Below, one piece after another: positions 46,538 to 55,620 of a DNA stretch of 60,368 bases; position 1 is the stretch's first letter, and each line of letters opens with the position of its first letter. A program made the translations under genes and the position numbers. Origin of the DNA: a virus. Lineage: Duplodnaviria; Caudoviricetes. Where the stretch lies: IMG/VR virus record IMGVR_UViG_3300028840_001367, positions 1 to 60,368 of that record, one strand, 5' to 3'. The notes below the pieces were generated by a model, which saw only the letters and a list, made by a program, of their open reading frames with translations, was not told the origin of the DNA and did no database searches.

Positions 46538-47521
46538 TTAGATGCTGGTGGCGTGAGCAATGCCAATGTTGCCAGCATAGTCAACCTTGAGCCTTGGTGC
46601 CATGGCATGGTACACCTTGAAAAAGAGACCCATACCGTCTGGCGTCTCCCATTCGACGTTGCGCAAGCTCTCAGCAACCACCATGTCAACCACGTTGCTG
46701 GTCAACTGCACAAGCACTGCCTCTGTGGTCAGAAAGTCCGAAGGCTTGACAAACTCAACCTTGGGGTGTGCCTCCATGCGCATGATGTCCGTATCACCAG
46801 AGCCGTCTGTATAGTACTGGTTCAACTCCTCATACTCAGAGGCAGAGACGTACATGCCAAAGTTGCCATGGTACCTCTTGGCAGAAAGGGCACTGATCAT
46901 GCCAAGCAGGGTCTTGTACCCGTTGCCAACCGTGCTGAAAGCACCACCACCGTATGCAGCAGCAGTGCCAGTGTCTCTCTGAGGCTGGTTGGTGTACCCA
47001 TAGATCGTTGAGCCACCAACGACAATGCCAGACGATCCGTCAAACAAGATTCGCTCTGACTCCTCAGCAACACTGAAAGCTGCCTCACTTGCCTCAAGGG
47101 TGTCAATGTCAGCACCCAAGTTGCGAGACGCCAGCAACTCACGTCTGCCAAGCTCATACCCGGCATGGATGATGGGCACTGGCACCTCATAGGTCTTTTT
47201 GTCAACACGGTCCATGACCGTATTGGTACGACCGTCAAGGGTGACTGCTGGTCTCACACGCTCAGAGGCAACACGCCAACGCACAGTGATTGCTGCCAGC
47301 GTGGTGTTGTAGGTCAGACCACGTGACAAAAGGTCTGCCACACCGTTGAGGCGCAACTTGACCATCTCTGTCACAACACGGTCAATCTCAGACCACTCCT
47401 CTTTGAGCAAAAAGCTGTTGACAGCCAAGTTGCTGTTTGGTTGAAAAACTGGACGCTTGCAGTTGAGCACAAAGTTGCCAAACTGTGCCACATCTGTCAG
47501 CATCTCTGCATTGATCGTCAT
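46538..47521 (-). CDS. Major capsid protein (HK97 fold, linocin/encapsulin-like)
   Basis: L.KEEW..ID..V, PVPIIH..Y....REL.ASR, IYGYTN.P.R; position after cement gene. Confidence 0.88.
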   Translation of the reverse strand: MTINAEMLTDVAQFGNFVLNCKRPVFQPNSNLAVNSFLLKEEWSEIDRVVTEMVKLRLNGVADLLSRGLTYNTTLAAITVRWRVASERVRPAVTLDGRTNTVMDRVDKKTYEVPVPIIHAGYELGRRELLASRNLGADIDTLEASEAAFSVAEESERILFDGSSGIVVGGSTIYGYTNQPQRDTGTAAAYGGGAFSTVGNGYKTLLGMISALSAKRYHGNFGMYVSASEYEELNQYYTDGSGDTDIMRMEAHPKVEFVKPSDFLTTEAVLVQLTSNVVDMVVAESLRNVEWETPDGMGLFFKVYHAMAPRLKVDYAGNIGIAHATSI

Positions 47522-47590
47522 CTTTGTTTCTCCTCTCTCAAGTCTTGAGTGTTTTGACCCTGGTTGAGCCAGAGCCTCAGTCAGCTTGGT

Positions 47591-48058
47591 TTAGCTGCCA
47601 ATACGTACCAAGCAACGCTTTGCAGCAGCACCACCAGTGACGGTCTGCCACGCCACGCCAACGATACTCATGGCAATGGTGGTGGCGTCTGGCGTGCCGA
47701 GTGCAGTCAACTGACCAGCACCGTCTGACCTAAGCCACGTTTCACCCTTGGTGGTGCTCTCACCAGCCTTGAGCCACATGTTAAGCACGTTGCCTTGCTC
47801 TGCTTGCACATAGTACACAGTGTCACCACTTGCGTACTCAATGTCAATGTGAGCAGTGCTGCTGGCGTCTGGCGTCTGTGTCTCAACAGCAACCAGCTTG
47901 GTGGGCAATGCACCATTGGCGGTTGCGTGCTTGATGAGTGTACCAGAGCTTACCTCAAGCAAGTGACCCGGCTTGACTGCCTCACCTGACACCATCTCAA
48001 GTCTGTTGAGAGGCTCTGTGTACTCAACAGCAATGGTGTTGTATACCGTGTTTGCCAT
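47591..48058 (-). CDS. Capsid decoration/cement protein
   Basis: PGHLL, Y.SGD.V, L.SDGAG.L; between protease and MCP. Confidence 0.75.
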   Translation of the reverse strand: MANTVYNTIAVEYTEPLNRLEMVSGEAVKPGHLLEVSSGTLIKHATANGALPTKLVAVETQTPDASSTAHIDIEYASGDTVYYVQAEQGNVLNMWLKAGESTTKGETWLRSDGAGQLTALGTPDATTIAMSIVGVAWQTVTGGAAAKRCLVRIGS

Positions 48059-48128
48059 CTTTGTTTCTCCTCTCTCAAAGAGTCTGTCTGATATTCTGTC
48101 CTATGTTGCCAAGCCAGTTACCTTGGTA

Positions 48129-49403
48129 CTATGACCAAGCCATTGTTGGCATAGGCAACTCCTCTGCCTGTCCGTTGTCCCTGTTGGCGTTTGGCAGTGC
48201 TCTGCCAGAAAAGTCACCACCAGTCACGCTCTCTGCCAGCTTGCGCAAGGTCTCAACGCTCATTGCCTCAAGCTCTGCCTTGTCAAAGCCAGCATTGGCA
48301 TTGAGCACCGTGCTCACCAGGGTGTCACGCTCTGCATTGGCATTGGTCTTGACGGTCTGCAAAGCCTCAGCAAAAGCCTTGACGCTGCCAAACTCGTTGA
48401 CGATCTCACGCAGTGCTTGAGCCTCAACCGTTGCCTCTGGCTCTGGCTCTGGCTCAACGTCCTCTGCCTCTGGCTCAACGTCCTCTGCCTCACCCTCTGG
48501 TGCCTCATCCTCTGGCTCTGGCTCACCCTCTGCTGGCTCTGAGTTGGCAGCAAGCACTGCCTGAAAGTTGGCAGTCATGGTGCTCATGGCAGCAAGCGTG
48601 CTGTCATCTAGCTCAGCAAGCTGTTCTGCACTCAACTCACAGCACTGGCAAGCAACCAAAGCGTCAATCATTGCTTGACGATCCATGTCTGTGTTCTCCT
48701 CTCTTGTGTGGGTCTCAATGTTGCTGTCAGGCAAGCTGTCTGCCTGCTGATCACTCTCTTGCTCATTGGCTCTTGGGCACCCACAACCGTCTTGCCAGTT
48801 GCAAGCACCCTCTTGGTCAAGCAGCACTGCCAGATGGTCTGGCACAATGTTACGAAAAATACCAAAGTACTCAACACCGTTGTATGACCCTGTGATTGGT
48901 TCAATGTCAGCGTAAAAGGCAGTGCTCACCTCTGCTGAGTGACCATTGCGCAACTGAGACACTGCACGCTCTGCATTGCCACCAAGCTCATACGCTTTTG
49001 CCATGTCAAGCCAGATGTCACCAACCAGCCTGGCTCTGTCACCAACACTGTGCACGTCAAAGAACCAACCAGCACACAGAGGCAACTGGTCTCTTGTACG
49101 TGCACTCACATACCAACCGTCAACTTGGGGGTGCCCAATTGGTACTGGCATCCCTTCCCAAGCCTCTGGCAGTCTGGCAATTTCTTCTGCTGGCAGCAGC
49201 ATACCGTTGAGCACAGTTTCAAGCACTGCAATCACAGGCAGCACAAGCCAGTCACGGTCATTGACCGTCTCAACTCTGGCTTGTGCACCATCCTCATTGG
49301 TCTGCAATGGCAGCAGCTTGGTTGAAAAGTGGTACAACTTGGTCAAGCCTTTGTCATTGCTTTGTGACATGAGTTGACGCTTGGTCATTGATTGACTCTC
49401 CAT
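48129..49403 (-). CDS. DUF2213-like prohead protease/scaffold
   Basis: W.G.PV..GHP, EVST, PDHLAVL....GAC.W.DGCG; acidic linker and helical scaffold tail. Confidence 0.82.
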   Translation of the reverse strand: MESQSMTKRQLMSQSNDKGLTKLYHFSTKLLPLQTNEDGAQARVETVNDRDWLVLPVIAVLETVLNGMLLPAEEIARLPEAWEGMPVPIGHPQVDGWYVSARTRDQLPLCAGWFFDVHSVGDRARLVGDIWLDMAKAYELGGNAERAVSQLRNGHSAEVSTAFYADIEPITGSYNGVEYFGIFRNIVPDHLAVLLDQEGACNWQDGCGCPRANEQESDQQADSLPDSNIETHTREENTDMDRQAMIDALVACQCCELSAEQLAELDDSTLAAMSTMTANFQAVLAANSEPAEGEPEPEDEAPEGEAEDVEPEAEDVEPEPEPEATVEAQALREIVNEFGSVKAFAEALQTVKTNANAERDTLVSTVLNANAGFDKAELEAMSVETLRKLAESVTGGDFSGRALPNANRDNGQAEELPMPTMAWS

Positions 49404-49981
49404 TGCCTCAGAGCAAAGTGCTCTCTCTGGTGGTCTGGCACAAAAAGTGGGTGACCACGTAAGGTGTCAAAGTGTACCTCAAGCCAGTGCTTGCAAGCTG
49501 GTCTCTGCACTTGCTGCCAATACTCATATGTGAGGTGTACAAGATTGCCTCTGGTAACGTTGAGCATGGGTGCCCTTGCACCGTTGAGCACAATGTCTTT
49601 GTACTTGGCAAGCTCTGGCTCATAATTCCAACCAACACGCTCTGCACTGGCATTGATCTGGTCAATGTCTCTGAGCATGAACACAATGCAGCGTTGCTCT
49701 GTTGAATAGTGGTGCACCCATCGTGACATTGCTGGGCAATGTATCACCACACCCTTTGATCTGACTGTGCTGCCAGCAAGCAGAGCCTCAAAGCGTCTGC
49801 AATCATGTACACCAAAGTGCTCCTCATCGACATACTCAAGACCAGTCAACTCTGCCAGCACTCTTGCACCAAGTGTTGTGCCAGACCGTTGTGGGCCAGT
49901 CACAAGCACTGCCTCAAAGTGTGCAAGTGACTTGTATGCTCTCAGCACCTCTGCATTGATGGTGCACTGCTGCTCAGTCAA
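49385..49981 (-). CDS. Sulfotransferase-family P-loop protein
   Basis: 5'-PSB loop VLVTGPQRSGTT and 3'-PB motif FMLRD....NAS. Confidence 0.7.
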   Translation of the reverse strand: MTEQQCTINAEVLRAYKSLAHFEAVLVTGPQRSGTTLGARVLAELTGLEYVDEEHFGVHDCRRFEALLAGSTVRSKGVVIHCPAMSRWVHHYSTEQRCIVFMLRDIDQINASAERVGWNYEPELAKYKDIVLNGARAPMLNVTRGNLVHLTYEYWQQVQRPACKHWLEVHFDTLRGHPLFVPDHQREHFALRQWRVNQ

Positions 49982-50003
49982 AGTGTTGCATTCCGTTAAG
50001 GTT
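49981..50003 (-). promoter_or_regulatory. Bipartite motif copy 4
   Basis: aagtgttgca-ttcc-gttaaggtt. Confidence 0.7.
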
Positions 50004-50060
50004 CATTTTGGCAAAAGTGTGGTATAATGGGTACATAATTCAGGGTACAAGAGACAAGCA

Positions 50061-50098
50061 CTCTGTGAAGGCATCCATGCCAGATTGGGTGCTTTTCT
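50061..50098 (-). repeat. Dispersed repeat R, copy 5
   Basis: Core at 50080-50098. Confidence 0.95.
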
Positions 50099-50103
50099 CT
50101 TTG

Positions 50104-50355
50104 TCAGCTTTCTGCCTCACTTGCGTCTTGGGGATATGTCAGTACTTGCGCTTTTCTGGCTCTGACAACCCTCTCAAGCACCTCAATGTCAAGAAAGTCC
50201 AACAAGTCAACAATGGTGCGTTGTTTGCGTCTCACAAACTCAAGCAGCAGTCTCTTGCCATCAATTCTGCACAGCAAGTTTCTGTTGACCTTGGGTTGAC
50301 CCGGCTGGTGTACTGGTTGCCAGTTGCCTTGTGAGGCTGGCTGGTCTGTGGTCAT
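50104..50355 (-). CDS. Hypothetical protein with its own promoter (moron-like unit)
   Basis: RBS GAGGTG, ATG 50355. Confidence 0.7.
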   Translation of the reverse strand: MTTDQPASQGNWQPVHQPGQPKVNRNLLCRIDGKRLLLEFVRRKQRTIVDLLDFLDIEVLERVVRARKAQVLTYPQDASEAES

Positions 50356-50376
50356 AGTGTGGTCACCTCTGTTGTC

Positions 50377-50406
50377 ATTATAGCACTGTTGACAAGTTGT
50401 TGTCAA
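50377..50406 (-). promoter_or_regulatory. sigma70 promoter overlapped by the TTGACA-N6-TGTCAA palindrome
   Basis: TTGACA-18-TATAAT with TG extension; palindrome at 50389-50406. Confidence 0.8.
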
Positions 50407-50423
50407 GGGGTGTCATAAATCTG

Positions 50424-50723
50424 TCAACGTGAGTCTCTCTCAAGCAGTGCTTGCCTCAAGTACATGACAAGGTCAAGTGCCTCTTGGTACGCATCCATGA
50501 GAGCGTCTCTGCCATTGTGGGTCTTGAGCTTGGTACCATACTTTGCCTCACCAGCAGCAACCCTTGCTTGTATGTCTGCAAGCACAAAGTATGCCACCAC
50601 TTGTGACTGGTCACACTCTGCTGGCTCTGGCTCATGCTCAGCAGCAGGGTTGTCAAAGTGCTCACAGTACACACACCTCAAAGGGTCTTGGTTGTCACAC
50701 CTTGCACACTCTTGGCTTGTCAT
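50424..50723 (-). CDS. Phage helical protein (G..KYG..L...NGRDAL.DAYQEALD type)
   Basis: Recognisable phage motif, possibly nucleotide-pyrophosphatase fold. Confidence 0.65.
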   Translation of the reverse strand: MTSQECARCDNQDPLRCVYCEHFDNPAAEHEPEPAECDQSQVVAYFVLADIQARVAAGEAKYGTKLKTHNGRDALMDAYQEALDLVMYLRQALLERDSR

Positions 50724-50725
50724 GC

Positions 50726-51598
50726 TTACTCCCCCATCCAAAGGGTACCACAGTCAATTGCCTTGTCAGGGTACATGTCCCATAGGTGTGGGCAGTTTGG
50801 GTGATACGGAGGAGGATTGTTGATCGCAACCCTTATGGGTACCTTGCCTCTGTCAATCCAGCCTTGGCAGATTGGGCACACTGCTGTGCGTGGTATGAGG
50901 ATTGCATACCCAAGTTGACCATTGTGCTGGTAAAAGTGCCTTTGAGCCAGAGCACGTGCCTCACCAGACTGGTGCTCATTGATCTGTGGGTTTTTCCATT
51001 CTGAGCGTGCTTGGTCCCAAGCGTCAAGCTCTCTGGCATAGTAGTGTCTATTGGCTCTTGGGTTTTTGTCAGCAACAGCTTGTATGGCAATGCTCAAGTC
51101 ATAGTTGTACGTGTTGGCAATCTGACCAGCACGCTCCTCTGCAAGAGCATTGATCTCTGACAAGATTGGGCCATTGCTCAACTGACCACGCTTGTGCTCA
51201 CACCCAACTCTTGAGGCTTGTATGGTCAACTCATCTTGGTACGCAAGCCTCATGTCTCTGAGCAACTCAGATCTGAGACGCTCAGTCTCATCAAGGGCAA
51301 AACGCTTGGCAAGGTGCACCAGCTTTTGCACCCTGGTCATACCGTCAACAAGTGGTTGCCATTCTCTCTGGTTGAGGCTCAAGTACCAGGGTGCCTCAAT
51401 CTCACCCTCTGCTGCCTCTGCCTCAGCTTGGTCTTGCTCTCTGGCAGCTTGCCAATCCTCATCTGGTATGGCTCTGAGTGCAGCAGTACCCTCACCAGTC
51501 AACTCTGACCACGTTGACTGCAAGTGCCTCAGCAACTCATTGTTGACCCTTGCACGCTGCCTCTGGTCTCTCTCACGTCTGGTCAGTTTCTTTGGCAC
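50726..51598 (-). CDS. Minor head protein (Mu gpF/SPP1 gp7-like)
   Basis: After portal; CPIC...PPYHPNC. Confidence 0.75.
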   Translation of the reverse strand: MPKKLTRRERDQRQRARVNNELLRHLQSTWSELTGEGTAALRAIPDEDWQAAREQDQAEAEAAEGEIEAPWYLSLNQREWQPLVDGMTRVQKLVHLAKRFALDETERLRSELLRDMRLAYQDELTIQASRVGCEHKRGQLSNGPILSEINALAEERAGQIANTYNYDLSIAIQAVADKNPRANRHYYARELDAWDQARSEWKNPQINEHQSGEARALAQRHFYQHNGQLGYAILIPRTAVCPICQGWIDRGKVPIRVAINNPPPYHPNCPHLWDMYPDKAIDCGTLWMGE

Positions 51599-51613
51599 AT
51601 TGACACCTCACTG

Positions 51614-53224
51614 TCAAATTGCGTGCTCAATCTCACTGTCAAAAGTCTGCAAGCATCGGTCACAGAGCCTCAGAGCACCGTGCTCCTCACCATACTTGCG
51701 AACCTTGCCATGACCACACAAAGGACAAGTCATGCTCTCAATGGTGTACTCATGGTTGTGCTTGTGCAGCAGTTGGTGCCTCTCCTCTGCCTCAAGCTCT
51801 TGGTCAGGGTTGTCCTCATCTGGTGTCTCAAGGTCGTCCATGTCCTCACCAGTCTCACCAGAGGTGTCTGACAAGTCTTGGTCTGGCGTGGTCTCTGGCT
51901 CATCCTCTGTCTCAGGCAAGTCACCCTCAACCCAAGGGATCTGTGTTCTCACCTCATCTGCTGTGACCACAGCACCAACCGTGCTGCCAACGCTCTGCAC
52001 TGCTGCAAGCTGGTCTCTGAGGATTGCTGCCTTGTCTTGGTCACTTGGGTCATAGATACTAGGCCAGTCAACATAATACTCACCAGAGTTTGGTGCTGCA
52101 ATCACACTGTGGGCAATGCACCAGTCAACAAAAGGTCTGAGTATCACTGGCTCTGCATACTGCTCTTGACGTGCACGTATGGTACCAGCCCAATTGACTT
52201 GGTCTTGACTTGAGGCAAGCTCACCACGCTCAGAGCCAACCAAGATGCGCAAAGGGATCTCCTTGGTGCCAGCAATGAGCATGAGGATAATGCGCACAAT
52301 ACCACTTGGGTCAATGGTTGACCCACCAAGCTCATTGATGTCAATGCCAGCAGTCTGCAACACACGTCTTATACCGTGTATATACTCCTCAACTTGGTTC
52401 TCAAGCTCTGTCTCTTGGTCAGAGTCAAGACCATAACCGTCTCTCAAGTCAAGCTGCATACCACGGTTGGCAAGCAACCAGACTGCCTCACTTGAGCCAC
52501 CAACAGTCTTTTGCAAGTCAAAGAGACGGTTGAGCACTGCTTGCAAGCGTGGCTCACCATATACGCTGTTTTCATCCAGACTCTCAGCAACGTGTATGAT
52601 CCTTGTCCAATGTACATCTTTGCTGCCAATGCTCATTGAGGCAGTGTCTTGTGCACTGGTGCCAAAGTCAATTGAGTATGTCTCTGGCAACCCAAAGCGT
52701 GGTGACTTGGTATTCTCATCAAGCTTTTGCACACTCACAGAACCCTCATGAAAGGGTTGCAAGTACAAGAGCTTTTGCTTGCCTGTCGCTGGTTGCTGCA
52801 ACTCACCAGAGCCAGTGCCCAAGAGCAGCACCCCAAAACGACCAATACCAGCCAGACGGTCTGCACGGTTTAGAAAGTGCCAGACCTTAAGACGCTTGAC
52901 CAAGGCTTGCCAATCCTCAACAAACTGAGTGTTGGACTTGGCTGTTGCCTCATCTGCACCGTCTTTGACATCTGGTGGTGCTTTCCATGTCTCACTAGCA
53001 GGGTACTTGATGAGCCTTGACGCTATGTCCTCACGCTCATACATGCCAAGGTACCTGTCAAAGTCTGGTTGCTTGTCGTACCCAAGCACAGTGTACAAGT
53101 CACGGTTGCCACCAAAGGTCTTGCCAATGTTGCCAGCGTTGCCAGAGTACCCAAGCCTTGAGACCATGGCACTGGCAAGTACATTGAGCATGTCACGTCT
53201 GCTCAGAGCTTTTTGCTCACTCAT
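51614..53224 (-). CDS. Portal protein (DUF1073-like)
   Basis: After TerL; LY.VLGY, Y.R..IA.R, RFGLPE.Y, VHWTRIIH, IP.RILVGSERGELAS.QD. Confidence 0.9.
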   Translation of the reverse strand: MSEQKALSRRDMLNVLASAMVSRLGYSGNAGNIGKTFGGNRDLYTVLGYDKQPDFDRYLGMYEREDIASRLIKYPASETWKAPPDVKDGADEATAKSNTQFVEDWQALVKRLKVWHFLNRADRLAGIGRFGVLLLGTGSGELQQPATGKQKLLYLQPFHEGSVSVQKLDENTKSPRFGLPETYSIDFGTSAQDTASMSIGSKDVHWTRIIHVAESLDENSVYGEPRLQAVLNRLFDLQKTVGGSSEAVWLLANRGMQLDLRDGYGLDSDQETELENQVEEYIHGIRRVLQTAGIDINELGGSTIDPSGIVRIILMLIAGTKEIPLRILVGSERGELASSQDQVNWAGTIRARQEQYAEPVILRPFVDWCIAHSVIAAPNSGEYYVDWPSIYDPSDQDKAAILRDQLAAVQSVGSTVGAVVTADEVRTQIPWVEGDLPETEDEPETTPDQDLSDTSGETGEDMDDLETPDEDNPDQELEAEERHQLLHKHNHEYTIESMTCPLCGHGKVRKYGEEHGALRLCDRCLQTFDSEIEHAI

Positions 53225-53241
53225 CTCTGCTCTCCTCTTTT

Positions 53242-54969
53242 CTAGCCAATCGGTCTGCCAGACCCCCAAGTGCCACGCTTGCCACCAGTCTGCCAGACAT
53301 CTGCTATCTGTGAGTATGTGTCAATCTCATCATTGTCACCAGTTGGAAAACTGGCAAAACGCTCAATCCAAGACCACACCCAAGGTGCATTGTGAGGGTG
53401 TGGCAAGTATACGTTGCCTGACTCAACACGTGGTGAGGCAGCTTGAGCACGTGCCTCTTTTGAGCCTTGTGGGGTGTACATGATGATACCAGGGATCTTT
53501 GAGTGCAGCACGCTCATGACTGCTGGTCCGTTGGCCTTGTCCTCAATGTATATGGCTGTTGCCTCAGACCAACGTGCTGACACTTGCTGCACTTGTCGTA
53601 TGGTCTCAACCAAGTCCCAACGACCACGCACTTGGTCAAGCAAGTACATGTCTGCTTTGACTTTGCCCCACACTTGACCACAGACAAAGCTGCCAGACGT
53701 GGTCTCTTTAAAAGTCATGTCCCAAGACTCAGCAACCTTGTCAAAGTTGTGCTCAAGAGTTATAAGGTCAAGCGTCTCAAGGTCACCAGTCTCACCATAC
53801 ACTTGCACTGCTGGCAAGTGTTGACCAGGGTACTGCCAAAAGCACCACCAGTACTTTTTGAATATGCCACCAGTGCTTGGTGCTGGTGTCTGCTGCAACT
53901 GACCAGAGGCAGTGTATGTGCCCATGCTCACCTTGAGAGCGTCAACGTATTCTTTGTCAAAGCGCAAAGGCCAGATGAGTTGACCGTGCTCTTGCCTTGG
54001 GTCAGGGTACCTCTTGTTTGGTTCAAGGTCTGACAAGTCAATGCTCTCAAAGTACCTTGTCATGTCCTCATACTCAGCAGGCAGACAGAGCACCTCATAC
54101 TGTGGGCCATCTTGTGCCATTCTCTCAAGGATGTGACCAGTCAAGTCACGCTGGTGCAATCGCTGCATGATTATGACTCTGACCGTCTCACCGGGGGTGT
54201 TGTCTCTGGTGCTCATGGTGTCATCCCACCAATGGTGCACCGTGTTGAGTGCAGTATCAGAGTTGGTCTCTTTGGCCTTGTGTGGGTCGTCAACAATGAT
54301 GATGTCACCACCCTCACCAGTTGCCATGCCACCAACACCAGAGGCAAGACGAAAGCCCTTGTGGTCATTCTCATAATAGCTTTTTAGGTTCTGGTCACCA
54401 GAGAACGACCAAACGTGTGACCAACGCTGCTGGTACCAGCTTGACTGCATGAGTGCTCTGCTCTTGACAGAGTCTCTGATTGCCAGTTGCTCAGCATAGC
54501 TCATGCACATGAGCCTTGTTTCTGGTGCAAAGGTCCAGACCCAACAAGGCCAACAGACTGACACCAAGAGGCTTTTCATGTGCCTTGGTGGTATATTGAT
54601 TATGAGTCTGGTCAACTCAAGCTTGGTGGCAGCAGTGAGGTACTCTGAGATTGCGTCAATGTGCCAGTTGTGCAAGTATGCTCTGCTTGGCTCAAGCAAC
54701 TCAAAGGATTGCCTTGCAAAGTCCCTGAGAGGCAGAAACTCACCAGACAAGTCAGCGTCAAGCATGGCAAGCTCTCTCTTGTTGAGCATTGACAAGGCAG
54801 CGTCAATGGTTGACTCATCAAGGTCAAGAGCAAGGTCAGTGTCATACCCTGGTACACCAGACTGCTCACCAAGGGTCAAGGTTGGGTCATAAAAGTCTAT
54901 AGGCTTGTGAGACGCTGGTACTGGCACTGCCTCACCAAGACCAAGTGTTGTCACCTTTCTTGACATCAT
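53242..54969 (-). CDS. terL: Terminase large subunit
   Basis: NIPPRHMKS, IIVDDP, IMQRLH, SWD, IEDKANG, D.EID..SQ. Confidence 0.95.
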   Translation of the reverse strand: MMSRKVTTLGLGEAVPVPASHKPIDFYDPTLTLGEQSGVPGYDTDLALDLDESTIDAALSMLNKRELAMLDADLSGEFLPLRDFARQSFELLEPSRAYLHNWHIDAISEYLTAATKLELTRLIINIPPRHMKSLLVSVCWPCWVWTFAPETRLMCMSYAEQLAIRDSVKSRALMQSSWYQQRWSHVWSFSGDQNLKSYYENDHKGFRLASGVGGMATGEGGDIIIVDDPHKAKETNSDTALNTVHHWWDDTMSTRDNTPGETVRVIIMQRLHQRDLTGHILERMAQDGPQYEVLCLPAEYEDMTRYFESIDLSDLEPNKRYPDPRQEHGQLIWPLRFDKEYVDALKVSMGTYTASGQLQQTPAPSTGGIFKKYWWCFWQYPGQHLPAVQVYGETGDLETLDLITLEHNFDKVAESWDMTFKETTSGSFVCGQVWGKVKADMYLLDQVRGRWDLVETIRQVQQVSARWSEATAIYIEDKANGPAVMSVLHSKIPGIIMYTPQGSKEARAQAASPRVESGNVYLPHPHNAPWVWSWIERFASFPTGDNDEIDTYSQIADVWQTGGKRGTWGSGRPIG

Positions 54970-55610
54970 GCACTCTCTGCCAGCTTGTCATGCACCACAG
55001 TTGCAGTGCTGTCAATGACTGTGTCTTTGTCTGGTGGTCTGGCTCTGGTGGCAGCAGCTTTGAGCAACTCTCTCACTCTCCTCTTGCGTGCCTCACTGTC
55101 TTGCTCTTGGCTCACGTCATCTTTGACTTGCACCAGCACGTCAATGAGCATGGCATACTGCTTTGCCAGCAACTCAAGAGCCTTGAGTGAGTCATAAAAG
55201 TCAAAGCGTACAGAGCCACCACGCAAGTTGGTGACTGACTTGACCAAAAAGCCAAGACCGTCTGCCTTGAACTTTTCAAGGTCAAAAAAGGTGTACGTTG
55301 TGCCAGTGTCAGGATCAACTTGTGCCTCTGTGTATGAGGCAATGTCAGCACCTCTGGCAATTGCTGCCAGTCTGTGCACCAACTCCTCTTTTGTCATCAA
55401 GTCAGCTTGCAGCTTGAGTCTAATGAGCTTGGCAATCTTTGGCTCACGCAGCAGCGTGCTGGCAGAGCTTGCAGCAGACTCCTCTGTGCTGTTGACATAC
55501 CCTGCTCTGATATATGCTCTGGTGGCATTGTAGTCAACAAAGTACTCACGCACAAAGGCAAGTTGCAAGTCTGTGTACACCTCATTGTCAATTCTGACTT
55601 GACCAGCCAT
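54966..55610 (-). CDS. terS: Terminase small subunit
   Basis: FV.EY.VDYNATRAYIRAGY, KALELLAK. Confidence 0.9.
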   Translation of the reverse strand: MAGQVRIDNEVYTDLQLAFVREYFVDYNATRAYIRAGYVNSTEESAASSASTLLREPKIAKLIRLKLQADLMTKEELVHRLAAIARGADIASYTEAQVDPDTGTTYTFFDLEKFKADGLGFLVKSVTNLRGGSVRFDFYDSLKALELLAKQYAMLIDVLVQVKDDVSQEQDSEARKRRVRELLKAAATRARPPDKDTVIDSTATVVHDKLAESA

Positions 55611-55620
55611 TATCTCACCC

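Noticed and set aside
46538-47521. Encapsulin nanocompartment or bacteriocin
   Set aside because: Context (portal, protease, cement, adaptor) shows it is the phage major capsid protein.
51614-53224. Anti-CBASS Acb1 annotation often attached to DUF1073 proteins
   Set aside because: Size and position after TerL indicate portal; no 2H phosphoesterase motifs noted.
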